DNA of 64,000 nt from Tubulanus polymorphus (Eukaryota; Animalia; Nemertea): assembly GCF_964204645.1 (NCBI RefSeq), contig NC_134031.1:19909910-19973909 (forward strand), given 5' to 3'. The position numbers and the translations under genes were made by a program. This document shows positions 47,706 to 60,489 of this stretch, piece by piece. How positions within the stretch are numbered: position 1 is the stretch's first letter; every line of letters starts with the position of its first letter. The notes below the pieces were generated by a model. The model made no database searches and had not been told where the DNA came from. It saw only the letters and a list, made by a program, of their open reading frames with translations.

Positions 47706-48197
47706 TAAATGGAAATCTCTGGATATCCTCTATTTTACACTCACAATTTAGAGAAGGCTTGACATTAGAATATCCTGAAATCGGGACACACTTCAAAAGC
47801 ATTAGACCAGTTTCAAGTCTTTGCATCAAACAATATTTTGACTGCGCGTTGTCTGCGTCAGTTCAGCAGTTTGAATTATCATCGAATCGATTTTAAAACT
47901 GCGTTTGTTGAAAGAGTCGCTTATTTTATGTTTGGTTTTTGAACCAAAATCGATAAAACGTGTTGTTGTTCTGTATCGAAGTTTGATGTTACATTTGATA
48001 GTTGAATAACAGATGGTTACTACATATATCACTGTATGAGTTAGATACAGATTGAAACTTCATTGAATTTTCTGTTGGATTCAGTTGTTTTTTTGCCCTG
48101 TTTTTATATTAGATTCAAAGCTGTTCCTGATTTTCAGTATTTGTTTCGGTTTTATAACGAGAAATATTGATTTAATTTGTTTGATTCTGTAGAAAAC

Positions 48198-48597
48198 TGA
48201 AAGATGTTACTGAGGGTCTTACTGTTGATTACTGATTAATTTGAACAGAAATATATTACTGAGGGTCTTACTGTTGATTACTGATTAATTGGAACAGAAA
48301 TATGAAAGATGTTACTGAGGGTCTTACTGTTGATTACTGATTAATTGGAACAGAAATATGAAAGATATTACTGAGGGTCTTACTGTTGATTACTGATTAA
48401 TTTGAACAGAAATATGAAAGATGTTACTGAGGGTCTTACTGTTGATTACTGATTAATTGGAACAGAAATATGAAAGATGTTACTGAGGGTCTTACTGTTG
48501 ATTACTGATTAATTTGAACAGAAATATAAAAGATGTTACTGAGGGTCTTACTGTTGATTACTGATTAATTGGAACAGAAATATGAAAGATGTTACTG
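48198..48597. repeat. 56-bp minisatellite, ~7 copies
   Basis: Unit GAAAGATGTTACTGAGGGTCTTACTGTTGATTACTGATTAATT(T/G)GAACAGAAATAT. Confidence 0.96.
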
Positions 48598-50071
48598 TGA
48601 TCTTGTAGTCGTCTCATGAAAACATTCTTACATCGATGAATTGTGTTTTGTTTTGCTCGTCATTGAAAACATTAAATAACATTAAATAACCAACGGCGAT
48701 CAACGTAAAGTGTCAGTTAAAAATAGGCAATTCTTTCGTTGTCGTGACAACTTTTAAATGATTTCTCTGAAAGCGAGCGATGATGAGTTAATGATGAATC
48801 ATTAAGAAAAGAAATGAAAACTATAATTGTTGACGAGGAGTTGATAAAGATAAGACGACAGCGTTACTGATTACTGTTTATATTATATTTACTGTCGACT
48901 GTCGTTCAGTTTATTATTCTATAAATTGATCGATGATTGCGAAATCGATGATTTACTGATCAATCATTTTACTGTCGCTTTTTCTACTACTTGCGCCATC
49001 GTCAATAATCATCTCGTACATTTCTCTTCTCCTCCTCCGGAGACAATTGTCATCGCAGCAGCAGCAGCAACAGCAGCAGCAGCATAGCGATGTATCATTC
49101 GAAAATAGAGCGATTAACTTGAGTCGGGATTCAGTGATTTGATCGGTTTAATTATTTGTACAATCTGTGAGTCCAGTTCCATGGTTCAGGGATGTTCGCT
49201 CTATCACTGGTTGCGTTCTAAATTGGTTGTACCTGGAAGGTACCAATTGAGCGCGGACCAACGCGTGCTGACATTACTGACCATTTCATCCCAATAAACT
49301 TTTGAAATAAAAGAAGTCTTTTCTAAGTTGGTCAATATTGCGCATCATATGACCTACGTGCTCTCGTTCGCTTAAAAAGTACACGTGAAATATTGATGGT
49401 AACATTACCTTAGAGAATAGGACATTATTTCAGTATCAGTGACTATGATGCACCGATGAAGAGTGTCTAGGTGTGTTTGTAATTATTCTTATGAGACACC
49501 TGCGTATATTCAATGTCAGTAATTATCAGACAGACATTTGATGTAGGGGAACTGGTATGATTACCGAGAGGAAAAACAATCAAATTGTCGTTGCATTTTC
49601 TTCTTACTATTGTCTAAACGATGATTTCTATATATCCAGCAACGATAGAAATCAGGTTTGCACTCAGAACCTCGTGTTGGATGTCTTACGTAATACTGAT
49701 TGAAGAAATTTGTCAAGTTTTTTTCTCGCAGAAAATTCAATTTCATTTGATCTGTTTCCTCATAATTTTCTAATCTTATAAGCCCAAATTTCAGAAATGA
49801 ATCAACCTTAGAGTTACAGTTTCATCTTCTATCCATCCACCCCTTAACTCTGGCGTCAGTTTTCAATTATACAAGTTTTAACTAAGAAATGATTTAATTT
49901 CTTCATTAATTTCTTCATGCTTTGGGTGAGAATGATTTAGATTTTTGCTCGTAGCTAATCTGTTCTAGTTTGGCTCGTACATAGAATGGACCTGCTGTAC
50001 ATTCACATATATGTTCATAAATCAGCTTATCCAGTTAGATGCAACAGTGATTGACAGGTTTCTATTCACAT

Positions 50072-50349
50072 CAGGGCGGATCCAGAACAAAGCAAATTTT
50101 TTGCCATTTTTAACATTTTCACAACCTGGGTTAAAAAAAGTTACAGTGGAAAGTCATTGCCGGTCTTTTCGTTAAAGAATCACTCTAGATGTTCAGAAAA
50201 TGATACATTTTTTTTCAAAATTTTCTTGGGCGCCCCAAACGACCTTAAGGACTTAGCATTTACAGTGCTTGCATTCATGCACCAATTACATGTACCGGGT
50301 AGGTCTCGGATTTTTGGACCCATTTACCAAAATTTCTGGACCCGTCCTG
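50072..50349. mobile_element. hAT-like MITE
   Basis: CAGGGCGGATCCAGAA...TTCTGGACCCGTCCTG inverted ends (14/16). Confidence 0.65.
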
Positions 50350-50995
50350 CACACGAGCACACAAATGATATGCACCTGGATCGGGCTTTTTGGTCGGCCT
50401 AAATTGGTCCTTGAATGGAACCGGCGCAGTTTTATTAACATAGTGTGATCGCTGCAGTAAAGTACTCTTTAAAGTCTTCGAGATGAATTCAGTGATGAAT
50501 TGAAACATCAATATAATTACATAAGACTGTTTTGCATCTCATCAGTTGTTAATGTGTTCCGGTGAATTGTTTTATGATAAAAGACTTCTTAGAGATATCC
50601 ACTTTTTTAAAGTTCTATTTATAATAAGTCATTGAGTATAACTAATAGCTTTAGTTTAATAGAGCGATTCCTATCGACGTACATCGTGTCCCCGGTTTTA
50701 TTTCTTACCGGCGTAAGATTTGCTCTTTGATCGGTCGCTGGTTAAGCTCAACCCTGGGCAAGAAAGTTTTGAACGTGGGGGAAAAATACAGGTTGTTTAG
50801 TTCACTGAATAATGCATACTGACTGTGTGTGTTATGTACCGGTGGGTATTATTACTCGTATAAAATACCGCTCTCAGTTAGATTTAGACATTAATCTTAG
50901 GTATTAAGATATAATCTCTGTGGTTTTATCCCATATGTCCTGTGTTTTAGAGTATAGTTCTCCTGAGGCCAATTTTCGCGCATTTGGGTTAATTC

Positions 50996-51060
50996 AAAAT
51001 AGTGAATTAATTGCTGGAAGGCTAGACACAAAATAGTGAATTAATTGCTGGAAGGCTAGA
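50996..51060. repeat. 34-bp tandem duplication
   Basis: AAAATAGTGAATTAATTGCTGGAAGGCTAGA occurs twice. Confidence 0.85.
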
Positions 51061-51151
51061 TATAAGAAGTGTCGATATTTATGTGCAGACATCAGTACGA
51101 ACAGGGCACGGCATTCGCGAAATAGTTGGGGAAAAATTAACTAAAAGTCCA

Positions 51152-51228
51152 CTGGTCTCTCGGGGATTTGAACCTGGGATCTCTCGCTCCCTAGTCTAGC
51201 ATGTTAACCGTTAGACCAACTTATCCCA
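51152..51228 (-). mobile_element. tRNA-derived SINE head / tRNA pseudogene
   Basis: Minus strand GTTGGTCTAACGGTTAACATGCTAGAC...CCAGGTTCAAATCCCCG: A and B boxes present, acceptor stem does not pair. Confidence 0.65.
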
Positions 51229-54017
51229 GTGGCAGGTAATGTTTGGAAGTTTATGTTGTATCGGACAGCTGTGGTGGTGACCAGTGAGGTGTGGTGGTGA
51301 CCAGTCAGGCCTGGTGGCTTGTTGTCAAATGCTCTATTCACTAAGTAGATTTTCAATAGTGTTTAGCTTGTTCTTCTTTATCAAAGTGTGTACTACACTT
51401 GTATGACAGATAATCAAGAATATACATTTTATCAAAATCATTAACACAAAATTACATATTGAAAAAATAGAAATATAGTTGATGAGGTATAGCTTATTGA
51501 ATGAATAGCGGTAAAGAGTTAATTATCCTCAGATGAACTGTTTTCAATGTGATGAAGAATGGTTCTCGCTGTGGGACCTGCATGCACAACCTGCACCTAG
51601 AACCCTCCCTCACCATTCATTATATCAACCTCGTATGAAAATAAATATGATCGATTTATCGACTGAATTTATTGAACAGTTTCTGAAAGCGGTGTACCGC
51701 CATAAGAAAAAAAATCTATTCTGCCCTCTCTATGCATTTGTATTTTCATCTTGATGGTCGTAGTTGATGGTTCATCATGGATCAATCCGATTCTCTATTC
51801 AAAAAACCGAATCTGTAGATGTTGACTATTTTTCACTTACATTTGGGAGGGGTTCCTGTTAAGTATTTTACTATCCCCACTGGTCTTAAGCTGTTAGAAG
51901 GGTGACAGGATTATGAAGGGACATGATGATTACGAAGGCCTAAAACTGGTCTCTAAGCCTAGACTGCGCCATGCACAGGGTCCAGTGCCTTTATTTCAAT
52001 ATAAAGCCAGCTGCGCATAACCATAAATATTGACTTATTACTTTGTATGCATGGATTATGAAAATATAAGTATACTATATTATACTATAGTGGCCCTGGT
52101 GATCATTGAACAATATCTCGGCATGAAATCATTTTTCATGGGTACAAAGTGGAACAGTTTGAATATTTTTTTTATTTCGAGGGTATGTTTAGGTTTTGTA
52201 AAAGTCGGATTCAATTGACACGGATTGTTAACGAGATTGACTCTACTCCAGTGCCGTGTTGTATACCGTTGTCTATTGCATTACGACGACACGCGCTGAA
52301 TTTTAAACTGATTAAAACAAGTTCTGTCAAAATGGGAGACTTTTCTGTGCACACGGTGAATTTCGATAGAGCTACGTGTATGTAGTTCCATTTATTGGTT
52401 TCCTGAAACGAGTAACTATCTATCGGAACATTTTCGATATATCATCGATAATTTGAGGGATGCGAGACGATCAATTTGATGTGAAAAAATTGTGAACAAT
52501 TGGAAATTTGTACAAAAAATCAAAGAAATGTCAACGTCAAAAATCTTTATCCCCTTTTTATGTCATATACCGTGGAGCTCAGAATCTATGCTGAAGCTGT
52601 GTTTAAGTTTGAGACATTTTATTTTAATCTGTCTAGATTGTGATCGGGATTTCATTGTACAGTGCCATGAAAAAATGTCATAAAGCTTGAAATTATTCCA
52701 CAAAATGTGACAATCCTGGTATTTTGACAAAACCATACCTGACTATACGACTACTAATTACTTTCTTTTAAGAGCTTGATTACTACCAAAATTATCAAAT
52801 ACTCTCAAATTCAAGATGATTTCTAGTTCATTTTCAATAAAACTTGACTATTTTTGACATCAAATTGTGTTTAAAACTACATCAGATGGAGACACTGAGG
52901 AAGTCAGGTCTGCAGACTGTAGGATGTGTAAAGATGTGAGGAGGGTTGATGAGATCTCTGAACGAGGCATTGCGTTTAGAGGATCACCTGATCTAAATAA
53001 CAGGGTGATTGTGAAGTGATATTCAAACATGAATATTCCCTCATCTCTAGAGAATCATCAAACAATCAACACCTCACGCGATGACGACGCCGCGGTCGCT
53101 GATGATATTTTTAATATTAGCCCGCATATATCGAATTTCCGGGTTTACCCCATCTAATAATGAATGATGATATTATAGATATAACGATGAGGAAGTTTTT
53201 TGTTGAAGGATGTGTCATACGCAGTGGTAGAATTGAAATAACAGCTAGCATACGTGTGATGGTTCGGGCAGAATGAAACTTGTTGTCACGACGATAGGAA
53301 ACCCCACGCTAAGAGAAAAACAATCTAGTTTGAAAAGGTTTTCTTTATTTCCAATGTTTTCACTATATATGACTTCATTAGGATATAGTTGAAATGCAGA
53401 AAAATGAATCATTCACTAAAAAGGAAACCTTTTCAGATTTTTGCTTCTCGGGTGTGAGATTTTCTACGTTATTTATGCGGAATTATTCGTTTTTATTTGA
53501 AGCGAGGGCTGAATGCGAACCACATCGTTCTGCTAAGGATTATGGATTTTTGCGTCTATTATCAGCTTATGACTGAAAAATGAAAATGTTTTCTGAATAT
53601 TTTCACGACGAATTTACGATTTTAGTCGCAGCTGTTTGAAGATAAATTCTCCATTCTGTCTCTCGAATGGACGCGGCTGTATTTTTTCCGGTGCCCGGGG
53701 TGCGTTTTTACGATCGAAAGATTTACGGGCGAAATTGAGGATATAAATTCGGTATTAATCTATGTGGCTGTTGTCGGTGGATTATGAGGAGCTCGAGTAA
53801 GAATTTATTGCGTAGTGAACCGCGGTGAATTTAGCTGTCGGCTGCATCAGCCTCGGCCGGCTGCGCTCAGCTCTTGTTTACCGTTTACTCAAAAACGGAT
53901 TACGCCTGAAATTCCGAAAAATTGAAACTTTTTTTACCGGCATTGAGATTCTCGGCGCGTCAGACATGTTTTCGAATATTGGGAAGCCAACAAAAAACTG
54001 ATATTTTCTTCACGTGC

Positions 54018-54176
54018 AACATTGGAACGGTAGCTAACATGTGAACGGTGGCTAACATTGGAACAGTAGCTAACATTGGAACGGTGGCTAACATTCGAAC
54101 AGTGGCTAACATTGGAACAGTAGCTGACATTGGAACGGTGGCTAACATTGGAACAGTGGCTTCCATTGAAACGGTA
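54018..54176. repeat. 18-bp minisatellite, ~9 copies
   Basis: Unit AACATTGGAAC(G/A)GT(G/A)GCT. Confidence 0.93.
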
Positions 54177-55157
54177 CAGTTTTTCAGTAGATGAGTTGAG
54201 ATTGAGCTTATTGATGACATTATTATGGCTTATTGATTTCTGGGAGTTTCAAATTCAGTGGTTAGTGTTGTGTATAAGATATTTTATCACATCGAATATT
54301 ACAACCACTGTTGAACCGTGCCCTTGAACCTTAGGCTTTGTGCAGAGAAGACTTAGATTTAAGACCGGTCATCAGATTTCTAGGATCATACCAGGACTTA
54401 AATCAAAACTGTACGACAGTTAGCCCAGGTTTTATTGGAAGTTCAACAGGTTGTATGAGAGACTAATGAACTGACATACTAGAAAATTGATCGATTCAAT
54501 AATAGGACATCTGGAATTTTTGAAGTCATGTAACAAGTACTGACACAACGTGTGTTAGTTATTCAAAACGTGTGCATTATCGACTCTGTCCCTCTCTCTC
54601 TCTCTCTCTCTCTCGACTGGGTCTACTATACCGTCACTGCTGAAAGTGAATCAATATCCCGTGAAGGATAGCTGTGAAATTCTGTCGTCTTCGATCAGTA
54701 ACACGCGCGTGAATAGTCCACGTATGAGTCCCCCTAACCCGGCCGGTGTGTAGCTAGCTTACAACCCCCTCGCGGTAGGATCATCGAACCTCGGCGTCGC
54801 GGTTCGCTAGTGCGGTGATTGTTGACGCTAATCAAAAAGCTATTTGGTCGTTAATTAACACTCACCGAGGACTAATGAATAGATGGGTAATTACCGGTCA
54901 ATTAATACAGCGGACAGTGACATGTCTTACATTGCGTCATTGATGACACGTAGTTAGATTGTTCTATTTGGGGATTATTTCAGAAAGTCGCACGTTCCAT
55001 GCGTTTGTACTTCACGCAGACGCTTGGAGATTTTTTTTTTTCTATATGAAGTCAATGAGATATCCGTATTTCGATATCACTCGGTTATAAGCGGGTAATA
55101 TGGATTAAATCGATGCGGTAATTCGCGAGGATTTTACGGATTATTGTTTCGGATATT

Positions 55158-55269
55158 ATGCGGAATCTTAAAATGAACGAAGAAAAGTCGGATGAAAATT
55201 CATCTCTGATGAAAATAGCCGTTCACACGCCGTTTATATTTGACGTGTTCGCGCAGGGATTTCTCGCAG
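55158..55269 (+). CDS. Candidate alternative first coding exon of PLEKHG5
   Basis: MRNLKMNEEKSDENSSLMKIAVHTPFIFDVFAQGFLA, donor CAG|GTAAGA phase 1. Confidence 0.5.
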
Positions 55270-55504
55270 GTAAGAATTCGGTTTATAATCAGTTTTCAGC
55301 TCTTTCAACGCTAAGTTTATAGAGTATGCACTGATGTTCAGTCTCTCAATGTATGTTTTTTCAAGTATCATGCGCGTCAGGTAGATGTGGTTACTTTTTA
55401 CCCAATTTTGATTCAACCGTGGAACTGGGTTTAAATTGTTTCTGAGGGAAGAAAGTTTCATGAATTTAACTTTTCTCATTAGTCGTGATTATGCAATCGT
55501 TTTT

Positions 55505-55684
55505 CTAACCCTGGCCAATGTACCAAATTTTTAGCACGGGGCAAACCATTCCGTTTAAAATGCTAACTGATTCTGGGAGTGGATCGCCTCGGTTAGCACT
55601 GCAGCCGCTCTCTATATTAGGCAGGGACCACCCAACTTTGAATTTGTTGCGGACCAGGCTAAATTGTCTGTGTGTGATCAGGGC
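55505..55684. mobile_element. Family A MITE
   Basis: Ends GTGTGATCAGGGC-TAA; internal block similar to 59490-59580. Confidence 0.5.
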
Positions 55685-57917
55685 TAACGTTTTATAAGGT
55701 ATATATTTCATTTCTGTGTATTTGTCACGAGTTTCACATGGATCCAAATTCAACAGTTGAACCGGGTCAAGCTGATTTCAACGTTGAATTTAATTTAATT
55801 CATGCGTCTGGGAATATTTTTTCTTATCCTTTCCTAACTGTACGACTGCTGCGTTATAGACAATGCCACAGATGTCGATGACAAATTGATTTTTGTTTGC
55901 AGACGCTATCATCGTCTTTATAGAAATGATCGGTCGTGAACATTATTTTGTAAACAACACGTTTTATCGATAATTTCAACTGATGAAAGATCGGATGAAC
56001 GACACTCGACTATTTCGAACTTGCGCTAACTCAACCGTCCCGCATGCTGAGCCCTCTATACATGATATTGTGTTAGGTCGAACAACTTGTAAAATCTATC
56101 GTTATTTTCAAAGCTCGTACAAAGCTGCCATCTGTATTACGGGCACGTAACATTATTCTAGGCTCATTCTGTACAGTTTCAAACTGACAATTTTTTATTC
56201 TAGAGCAGAACTCTTGTCACACTATCTCCAGTTAGTCTGTTCTGATGTGGCCATGGTTTCTACTGTTATCGCTGATCCAGACTGATTCATAGTCAGTTAT
56301 AGTTTAGTTTCTGTCCATACACGGGGAGATGGTCTGTTCTAAATTCCTAAACGAACCTGGATCATTCATTTCCATCGGTCCGTTCTTATTTGGAACAGAC
56401 CAATTTGGAAAATAATTTTCACTTGCGTGAACGTTTTGTGACTGAATGTATAAAGCTTGACTAACGCGGTTAATTTTAGTAATATGATATATTCATATGT
56501 TTATAAATTGATCATCTTGACACAAATGGCCGCTATAAATAGAATATCTAGCTGCTGCTACAAAAGCTGTTCGTGGAACTCTTTTCGCTGCTGTGTTGAT
56601 AATGTCTATTGATGTCGTCGTCGTATCAATTATATCATGTAGAAAATAGAAATAGAGCTGGAATGTGACAGCCTCCGGTGGTATAGGTTTCATACTGTTA
56701 CGACATATAATAATTAAATCTTTTTCTGACTCAAATGGCCTTAAAATGAATCACAAAACTTGAAAGTATCAAAAGTTTTTGAAATCACCACAATATATCT
56801 AATCGTCCTTTAGTGAGAAAAGTTGGTGCGGACTAAATCAGCTGTGGGCCAAATTTGGACGGGCGGAATCGTCTTTGTGTGATCATGGCTCTAGACAGTG
56901 TGAACGTGTAGAATCAGAGGCTATACTAATTTAAGAGTCTTTACCGGATATTTCCTACAGGTTATTGTCACTTCATCAGTGAAGATCAAGGTCACATTGT
57001 TTTCGCAAGAATGAAATGTTTTTTTTTTGTGACGTGGAAGCTTGCTGCGGTGCGGTGCGGTGCGCCTACAGCAGTGCAATGTTGTCCGTGACCGTATAAC
57101 TCAAAGACGATTTGACCCACGTCAAACAGATCATCGCTGTTGATTGGCTACGACCTTATGATCGGTCGTAAATACACCAAAGTCTCATCAAATTCGATCT
57201 TATCGTCACGAAGAATAGAACATGTCCGATACGACTGGTCTGCGTTTAGTTTTAATGATCTTAAGTAAACTCATGTTGCAAAGATTCCTCGACTGAGAAA
57301 TTGGCGTTGATTCCTTACGACCCGAATGTCGGGTCAGATCATATGTGACCTGAGTCACTTTCAGACCCGATCAGTGTTCACACGGAATGATTATAGGTCT
57401 GTGATTAGAACTTAATCTGAGGCGTTTTTCATGTGATTTACTCACTATAGAGATGCCAGCTGCTGCTGCTGTTATTGTCATCCGAGAGTCTTATTCGGTT
57501 TTTAAATGAAATTCTGCTCGTTGAAGATTTTGTAAGAGATTTTACCGCGAGGCCTCGAAGTCTCGTAAGTAATTAATTTCTCAGCAGGCGTGATAGAGAA
57601 TGTACCGGTGATGCTTTCAATTTCGCTGAGAAACTTTAAGTGCATTGATTAAATCCTGGACACGGTTTTAGTTTCCTACTAAGACGACTATCTATCAGTC
57701 GGATTGGTGTCACTTTTTTGTGGAGCAGGTTCTTGATTTTCGTTTGGTTCTAAGAGCTGATGAATGTCAGGCCTCACTTCTGATTTTATTGGTTGAAATT
57801 TGATTTCAGGTGAAAATAAGAAATTATTCAACATGATTGTCAGTGATTGTGTCTAACTAGTCGCTGTCAGTTGTAAGAGCAGGTCGGGTTGCGACAGTCA
57901 GAGACGATCCTTAGTTA

Positions 57918-58110
57918 GCTGCGATCACAGAGCTTTTTGGCCCATGCCAAATGGGCCCATGCCTGTTTGGCCCGACCAAAAATGTAGGACCAGTGTCAAA
58001 TGTTTGTCACGGCATTGTTTAGTATCGAGTGAGTGGTTTGCGTGTAAACTAATCCCTAATTAGGCATGAGCCAAAATTCACAGGGGCCTGATCCGTGCCA
58101 TCGTAAGCCT
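57918..58110. mobile_element. PIF/Harbinger-like MITE (family A)
   Basis: TTA-GCTGCGATCACAG start; shares ATTGTT.AGTATCGAGTGAGTGGTTT with 34551-34576. Confidence 0.6.
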
Positions 58111-59479
58111 ACACCTGACTTGACGGTCAAACTCAACTGACGACTGTGGAACTGACTCCAGTAAAATGTTGGCAAAATGTGAAGCAAGAATTTTTGATTG
58201 AGAATTGTGTTGACTACAATAAAATAACAGTTAAATCGTATATTTGCATTATAGATTTCTAGCAACAAAGTGTCAATGATTGTATGGAGGGTTTTTTCGC
58301 AGAAGATTAAAAACGGGACATCGATAAAAAGATATCTCGACAGTTTTAAAGCGTCGTAGGTTCTGTACGGTTGCTTTTCTTCTAGCACCAAGTTGAACCG
58401 CAATCGATGAAATTGATTTTCGATTGATTTCTATCGCCGTTGAGTCCGTTTATAAAACATAATGCTAGAAAATCAGAAATAATCGATCGGTTGCGCGCAA
58501 CGTGATTTATTGACGATTTAAGATGATGTGAAACTTTTATCTTAGAACGTAACAGATGTGCAGGGTACGTGCCAGGGTTCGGTTTCAATCACCACATACT
58601 GACAAATACACAGTTCAAATTGCAACCTATTGTTAAGCGTTGCTTGTGATGATTGAACATGACTTTATTTTTCCACATTTAGACCAGATAATATATGAGA
58701 TATTTTGTAACCCATACAGAACTGACCATTCAAGAGTAATTTCTACTGTTATAAAGAGGTCAACTGATCGCATAAATAACATTATACTCTCTCAAAATAA
58801 ATTCTAGTTCATTTTCAATAAAACTGCTTATTATTGATTATTAGTGATACCAGGTAATCTGGTCTATGTGAAATACGTCAATATGTAGAATGGTCACCAG
58901 ACTAACCTAAGCCACGATCACACAGATGACCTCGGGCAATTGATTATGATAACTAGATTGATAATTATGATGAATGATAATTATTGATTATAATAGACAG
59001 TGGTTATAAATATTGGTAATAGATGAATGAATGATAGACTATTATAATAATGATAGCAATGATAAAAGTTTTAACACAATGTTAATGCTTTAAACTGTGT
59101 AAAGTGAAATTTTTAACGGAATTATTTTTCGCCTCGCTTGTGAGTTTATTTTCGATGATGAGTTTATTTTCGTGATCATCAGACGTATGAGAAATGTAGA
59201 AAGAATGTAGTTGTATGATTCAGTTGAATTTCTCGGCTGCCTGTCTTTTAGATACAAACAAATTGGGTGTTTTTACTGTATCCACGATAGATTTTAGCAG
59301 ATCCTCGAGTTCAAATTCAAATTACTCTCACGGTTCTAGGTTTAGGGGCCAGTTGTGAAGTCATGGGTTAGGTCTAAGACCTATCTATGTCACTGCACTG
59401 AGTTAATGGAAATGGTACATTTTCCCTTGAAACTGGTCCACGAGTTACAATCATATTCACACTGGTGTCAAATGGGTCT

Positions 59480-59672
59480 TTCAGACCAGGCCCGTGCCAA
59501 ATTTTAGCACTGGTCAAATCATTCTGAATGAATGTTAGCTGGTTCTGAAAGTATCTCACCTCACTTGCCACAGCATCGTTTCGATAGCATTTAAGTAATG
59601 GGTATGTATTTTTGACTTGGATCTGATCTCGGGCAGTTTGACCGAGGACAAATCGTCTCTGCGTGATCGCTG
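59480..59672. mobile_element. Family A MITE
   Basis: GGCCCGTGCCAAATTTTAGCAC...GCGTGATCGC. Confidence 0.5.
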
Positions 59673-59728
59673 AATGAAGTCATCTCGGATTCTGTAAGAT
59701 ACTATCAGGTTCTCTGCGCTCACTGTTA

Positions 59729-60489
59729 CTAGTCTATGCCTACTCTGTGCTTAGTCGCAGCCTAGTCTATGCCTACTCGGTGCCTAGTCGCAGCCTAGTC
59801 TATGCCTACTCTGTGCCTAGTCGCAGCCTAGCCTATGCCTACTCTGTGCCTAGTCGCAGCCTAGTCTATGCCTACTCGGTGCCTAGTCGCAGCCTAGTCT
59901 ATGCCTACTCTGTGCCTAGTCGCAGCCTAGCCTATGCCTACTCTGTGCCTAGTCGCAGCCTAGCCTATGCCTACTCTGTGCCTAATCGCAGCCTAGTCTA
60001 TGCCTACCCTGTGCCTAGTCGCATCCTAGTCTATGCCTACTCTGTGCCAAGTCGCATCCTAGTCTATGCCTACTCTGTGCCTAGTCGCAGCCTAGCCTAT
60101 GCCTACTCTGTGCCTAGTCGCAGCCTAGCCTATGCCTACTCTGTGCCTAATCGCAGCCTAGTCTATGCCTACCCTGTGCCTAGTCGCAGCCTAGTCTATG
60201 CCTACTCTGTGCCTAGTTGCAGCCTAGTCTATGCCTACTCTATGCCAAGTTGCAGCCTAGCCTATGCCTACTCTGTGCCTAGTCGCAGCCTAGTCTATGC
60301 CTACTCTGTGCCTAGTTGCAGCCTAGTCTATGCCTACTCTATGCCAAGTTGCAGCCTAGGCTATGCCTACCCTGTGCCTAGTCGCAGCCTAGTCTATGCC
60401 TACTCTGTGCCTAGTTGCAGCCTAGTCTATGCCTACTCTATGCCAAGTTGCAGCCTAGTCTATGCCTACTCTATGTCAAGTTGCAGCCT
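59729..60489. repeat. 33-bp minisatellite (3 x 11-bp higher order), ~23 copies
   Basis: Unit CTAGTCTATGC-CTACTCTGTGC-CTAGTCGCAGC. Confidence 0.97.

Noticed and set aside
51152-51228. Possible functional tRNA gene
   Set aside because: A and B boxes are present but the acceptor and anticodon stems do not pair; called a SINE head/pseudogene
53960-54220. ORF with (ATVPML)n
   Set aside because: Translation of the 18-bp minisatellite
54731-54740. CCCTAACCC as a telomerase RNA template
   Set aside because: Only 9 nt; I could not identify a pseudoknot or H/ACA domain; expected by chance
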